From Eledone cirrhosa (taxonomy: Eukaryota), in contig OZ024749.1 in NCBI GenBank assembly GCA_964016885.1, positions 29,078,001-29,142,000 on the forward strand: a stretch of 64,000 nucleotides of DNA, written 5' to 3'. Under the pieces are notes generated by a model, which saw only the letters and a list, made by a program, of their open reading frames with translations, was not told the origin of the DNA and searched no databases. Below are positions 58,813 through 64,000 of this stretch, one piece after another; within the stretch, counting starts at the first letter, position 1; the number at the start of each line of letters is the position of its first letter. Made by a program: the position numbers and the translations under genes.

Positions 58813-59001
58813 TAATAAAATCTTATCCTTGGCTTTCTTAAAATTTGAATTTGCTCTGCGACATGAACTGCCCTTAATTCATCCATTTCTTTTCCCTCCT
58901 GAAGAACAGAGGACCGTAAAGTGCATCGAGCTGATCTCTTCTTACCAATAAAAATAGTGAAGTACACACTATAACCTCATATATATATGTATATATATAT
59001 A

Positions 59002-59535
59002 TACAATATTAATAAATGGAAACTATATTTATAAAACCATATTTATTTCATTATATATATTTCAAGGATACCAAGTTAAATCATGGTATGCCTTCATCAG
59101 ACAAAATACAATATATAGCAGTTTTACAAATAGATAATTGACGTACCCTTTCAAAAAGGTGAACGTTGTTTTTGGAGGTCATCCGGATAGTGGTTTGTTT
59201 ACTTTAGTAAGTCATAGTGTTAAGAGTAAACTATGACTTACTAAAGTAAACAAACCACTATCCGGATGGCCTCCAAAAACAACGGTCACCTTTTTGAAAG
59301 GGTACGTCAATTATCTATTTGTAAAACTGTTATATATTGTATTTTATCTGATGAAGGCATACCATGATTTAACTTGGTATCCTTGAAATATATATAATGA
59401 AATAAATATGGTTTTATAAATATAGTTTCCATTTATTAATATTGTATATCTACTCCAAATATTTGTCGAGTGCTTTATATCAGTTATAATAATATTTGCT
59501 TGTTGTATCCCAACAATTTAAATTGAACTTTTGCA
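59002..59535 (+). mobile_element. ~445-bp fold-back element with a complete hammerhead in each arm, plus a tail
   Basis: Arms ~59002-59217 and ~59231-59446; hammerhead (+) at 59339-59406 (CUGAUGA 59348, GAAA 59385) and (-) at 59043-59110. Confidence 0.85.
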
Positions 59536-59559
59536 TATATATATATATATATATATATA

Positions 59560-59755
59560 GGAACCAGTAAGACCCCGACGGCTGAGCTCAAGCCGTTTCG
59601 ACGGCTAATACTGGACTGAGTCCAGAATTAGCCGTCGAAACGGCTTGAGCTCAGCCGTCGGGGTCTTACTGGTTCCTATTACCCACTCTACTACCCCAAG
59701 TATTGAGTACTTTGGTGCGTTATGGTCCACCTGGTTCCTTACCACATTTCCTTCG

Positions 59756-59758
<3 letters not shown>
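59560..59758 (+). mobile_element. Fold-back element, family H1
   Basis: Inverted arms around ctggactgagtccag; GAAAC-GGCU-UGAGCUC-AGCC-GUC^ at 59637-59659. Confidence 0.8.
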
Positions 59759-59847
<89 letters not shown>

Positions 59848-60000
59848 ATATTTATATATAATATGTAGAGCAGAACACACAAAAGAGTATGTTTTAAATT
59901 ACGCGGAGTAGAGAACCACTAGAGGGAAATATATAACGCGAGTCTTTAACTCCGGTTTTTTCATTTGATATATTTATATATATGTATGTATGAATGTATG

Positions 60001-60045
<45 letters not shown>

Positions 60046-60138
60046 ACACACACATATATATATACATATAGATATATATACATATATATATAAATATATA
60101 TATATATATAAATACATACACATGCATACATATATATA

Positions 60139-60215
<77 letters not shown>

Positions 60216-60450
60216 ATATATAACCAAAGATTAAAATGGTTCATTGATTACTCAATGAATATAGTTTTACAATAGATTAAAAGCACTCTACAATGAAGTT
60301 TTCTGGAGTTATTAATATTATTCAAAATATTAATAAATGAAGACATTCACATAATCAAAATATATGTTTTATTATATATATTTCGAAGGTAGTACTGCCA
60401 ATACTGGAATTGAACCATCAAGACCGTTGAGGTATGTCATACATCAATTC

Positions 60451-60520
60451 ATGTATTTTATCTGACGAGGACGTACTGAAAAAACACCACAGTACCTTCG
60501 AAATATATATAATAAAACAT
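60451..60520 (+). ncRNA. Hammerhead motif in fold-back element 60313-60570
   Basis: AUGUAUUUUAU-CUGACGA(60462)-GGAC GUACUG..CAGUAC CUUC-GAAA(60500)-UAUAUA-UA^-AUAAAACAU. Confidence 0.75.
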
Positions 60521-61274
60521 ATATTTTGATTATGTGAATGTCTTCATTTATTAATATTTTGAATAATATATATATATCAGTGTCTCCTTAAAATTTGCAC
60601 GTAGGCAAAAATGCATATTTTCAATAAAAATATTCAACATTTCACATAAATGAAATACTTTCTGGGTCCAGACTTTAGGTATCTGGAGGTAACCACAGTT
60701 AAAGAAAGTACTCAATAAGAGTAAAGGCATCTTTATTTTATATAGAAATGACTTCTACAAGACTAGATCTGTTTCAATCGTATAATGATTTTAATCGAAT
60801 GAAAAAGGCCTAGTTCTGTAGCAGTTATTTCTATATAAAATGTATATATTATATATATATGTTTATATATATAATATATACATTAGGGCGGTGAATTGGC
60901 ACTATCGGTAGAGGGTTGGACGCCATGCTTTCTAGCATAGTTACGTCCCTTTACGATCTGAGTTCAAATTCCGCCGAGGTTAACTTTGCCTTTCATCCTT
61001 ACGGGGTCGATAAAATAAAGTACCAGTAATACACTGGATAATTGCTGGCCTTGTGCCAAAAGTAGAAACAATTATATATATATGTTTATCCCGGGTTCAA
61101 TTGGGGGTAACTACAGTAAGTAAGGTACTTAATACATAGCAGGGTATAAATATTTAATATAGAAATATGTTCTACCGGACTGGAACTGTTACATTCGGGA
61201 GAAATCATCAGGAAGCTAGGGCTGATTTCTCTCGAATGAAACGTTCTAGTCCTGTAGAAGCCATATATATATAC

Positions 61275-61349
<75 letters not shown>

Positions 61350-61367
61350 ACAGAGCAAATATTTATT

Positions 61368-61406
<39 letters not shown>

Positions 61407-61463
61407 CGCGGTTTTAGTTCCTCGCAACAGTCTATGTAGAATACACCAATTACATATATATAT

Positions 61464-61518
<55 letters not shown>

Positions 61519-61615
61519 TTTATATTGCATTTTATTATATTATATTATATCATATTATATCACACATTAAACATTTTATAATGTTTTGTTTTTCCCGACT
61601 AATTTATCGTTGAAT

Positions 61616-61968
61616 CTATAGCGATAGAAATATCTGGGGTTGTTGGGTCCTCAAACGCACTCCCTTACTTAGGGCGACTGGAACAGATGAGCCCCCACTC
61701 CCAAAGTTGGAATCCTTATGCGAGCTGATCCGGCTGGATCTCCAAGCGAGATCAGCCAAGCTCATGGATATTATCCAACCATCTTGCTCGGGGTTTACCC
61801 CTGGGTCTCTTGCCGATTGATTTTGCCTGTAAAATATGTCCAGTGATTCTTTCCTGAGACATCCTAACCACGTGCCCATAGTATCGGAGCTGTGATCTCT
61901 CAATTCGGAGTAGTAGCGGCTCTACCTGGAGTGAGTCTCTGATCTCCGAGCTACGCACTTTATCGAGT
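61616..61968 (-). pseudogene. 3' end of an RTE-clade LINE ORF, cut by the gap
   Basis: RSSEIR..L.VEPLLLRIERSQLRYYGHVVRM...GKRPRGKPRARWLD. Confidence 0.85.
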
Positions 61969-62168
61969 NNNNNNNNNNNNNNNNNNNNNNNNNNNNNNNN
62001 NNNNNNNNNNNNNNNNNNNNNNNNNNNNNNNNNNNNNNNNNNNNNNNNNNNNNNNNNNNNNNNNNNNNNNNNNNNNNNNNNNNNNNNNNNNNNNNNNNNN
62101 NNNNNNNNNNNNNNNNNNNNNNNNNNNNNNNNNNNNNNNNNNNNNNNNNNNNNNNNNNNNNNNNNNNN
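61969..62168. other. Assembly gap (200 N)
   Basis: Run of N. Confidence 1.
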
Positions 62169-62746
62169 ATAAATGAAAGATGGGAGTAAGTGAGGGAGAA
62201 AGATACCATGAAAGGGGGGGGGGGGGGGAGGGGATCGTTGTCCGAATGTCTACAGGATAGCATGTTGGTCCAATATGGCCACCCCTGAAGAGCCAGGTGA
62301 ATTTGTGAAACCCCGGTTAGCTGATAGATGAACTAAATCTACTTTCCACGCATTTATTCTTCATATCAGGTTTTAAAGTATTAATTAAAATCTCATTAAT
62401 CAACCACACCTCCAGCACACACCACCCTACTACAATCACCACCAGCACCACCCAACTACAACCACTACAACAACCAGACGCATCACCACTACAGAAACCA
62501 CCACCACCACCACCACCAGCCAAATTTTAAACTTGTAAAATCCAGTAACACTGTAATTTGCATTTAAACACAATCATGTGTGTGTGAGAGAGAGGCAGTG
62601 TGTGTGTATGTGCGTTACGTATTAGTTCGTATATGAATACATATATACAGACATGCATACATGCATACACACACATTGTATAAATATACAAACATGTGTA
62701 CAAGCATACATACATACATACATACATACATACATACATACATACA

Positions 62747-62779
<33 letters not shown>

Positions 62780-62873
62780 TCATACATACATACATATATA
62801 TATATATGTATATATATATAAATATATATATATATATACACATATATATATATACACACACATACTTACATAG

Positions 62874-62936
<63 letters not shown>

Positions 62937-63020
62937 CATATATATATATTATTATATATATATAAGTCCAGAAATAGCCGTCGAAACGGCTTGAGCTCTG
63001 CCGTCGGGGTCATACTTTTT

Positions 63021-63057
<37 letters not shown>

Positions 63058-63178
63058 GCAAGAGACTGAGCAGAAGACACGAAAAACGACAGGAACGGGA
63101 AACCGGAACGGAACAAACGGAAACATCCCCACTTATTTCAGAACATAGGAGCTATGTTAATTAATTTAGAATCACATG

Positions 63179-63298
<120 letters not shown>

Positions 63299-64000
63299 CG
63301 ATTCCAAATTAATTTATCAATACGTAATTTTAAATATAATCTAAGAAGTTATTTATCACATTACTTGCGATAGATATGTCCAGCCTCCGACCGCCCTGGG
63401 GTGACCCTGGGGTGGTCTTGAGGTGACCCTGGCGCGACCCGGAGGTAATCCTGGGGTGACCCTGAGAAGGTTGAGCACTAGGTGGAGTAAGATTGCCAAG
63501 TTTAAGAAAATTAAGTTTGGTTTTATTTGTTTTCTTCAAAACCATATTTTTATTATAATATAATTTTATGATCTCATTACGATGGGTCCACCATTGGTTG
63601 CAATAGTGAATATCCAGCTTGTGAATTATCATATACGTGGTTGAATATTCCGCAGACACGTGTAACTTTGACCTAACTCATTCCCAGGGAGAATCAGAGT
63701 AATAATTGTTTCTACTTTAGGCACAAGGCCAGCAAATTACCCAGTGCATTACTGGTACTTTATTTTATCGACCCCGTAAGGATGAAAGGCAAAGTCAACC
63801 TCGGCAGAGTAATAATGAGGGAGAATGAAAGTAATAATATAGAGTCCCACCGCACCCTAGGCCCAGGGCCCACCACCCTATCCCACCCTTCTCATTCTTC
63901 TGTGACCCTAAAGCCCCTGCCATTCCCTTCCATTTCCGTTTCATAACTACAAAAGACACTTGCATTTTATTACAACCATTCTTTAATATCAATTCTAATT

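Overview
AT-rich, microsatellite-saturated eukaryotic (animal) DNA. The SINE families and the (TA)n/(CA)n load suggest a coleoid cephalopod such as an octopus, which is an inference. The only recognisable host gene is one exon of an aristaless/ARX paired-class homeobox gene (minus strand, 8581-7989, ending at the conserved PDVFTR splice site). The rest is repeats: a 5'-truncated Penelope-like element (PLE) with an open RT + GIY-YIG ORF, a second decayed PLE, an internally deleted Helitron with both termini, mariner, RTE and R4/Dong-type fragments, about 30 tRNA-derived SINEs of two families, many minisatellites and a 200-N gap. The most notable signal is a dense set of short fold-back (inverted-repeat plus tail) elements embedded in (TA)n tracts. 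They belong to several unrelated families. About 15 carry recognisable type I hammerhead ribozyme cores (CUGANGA-stem II-GAAA-palindromic stem III-NUH), and others carry only the 3' half of a hammerhead. Nearly all ORF-track entries made of YI/CV/SL repeats are microsatellite artefacts. All structures were read by eye, with no database searches.
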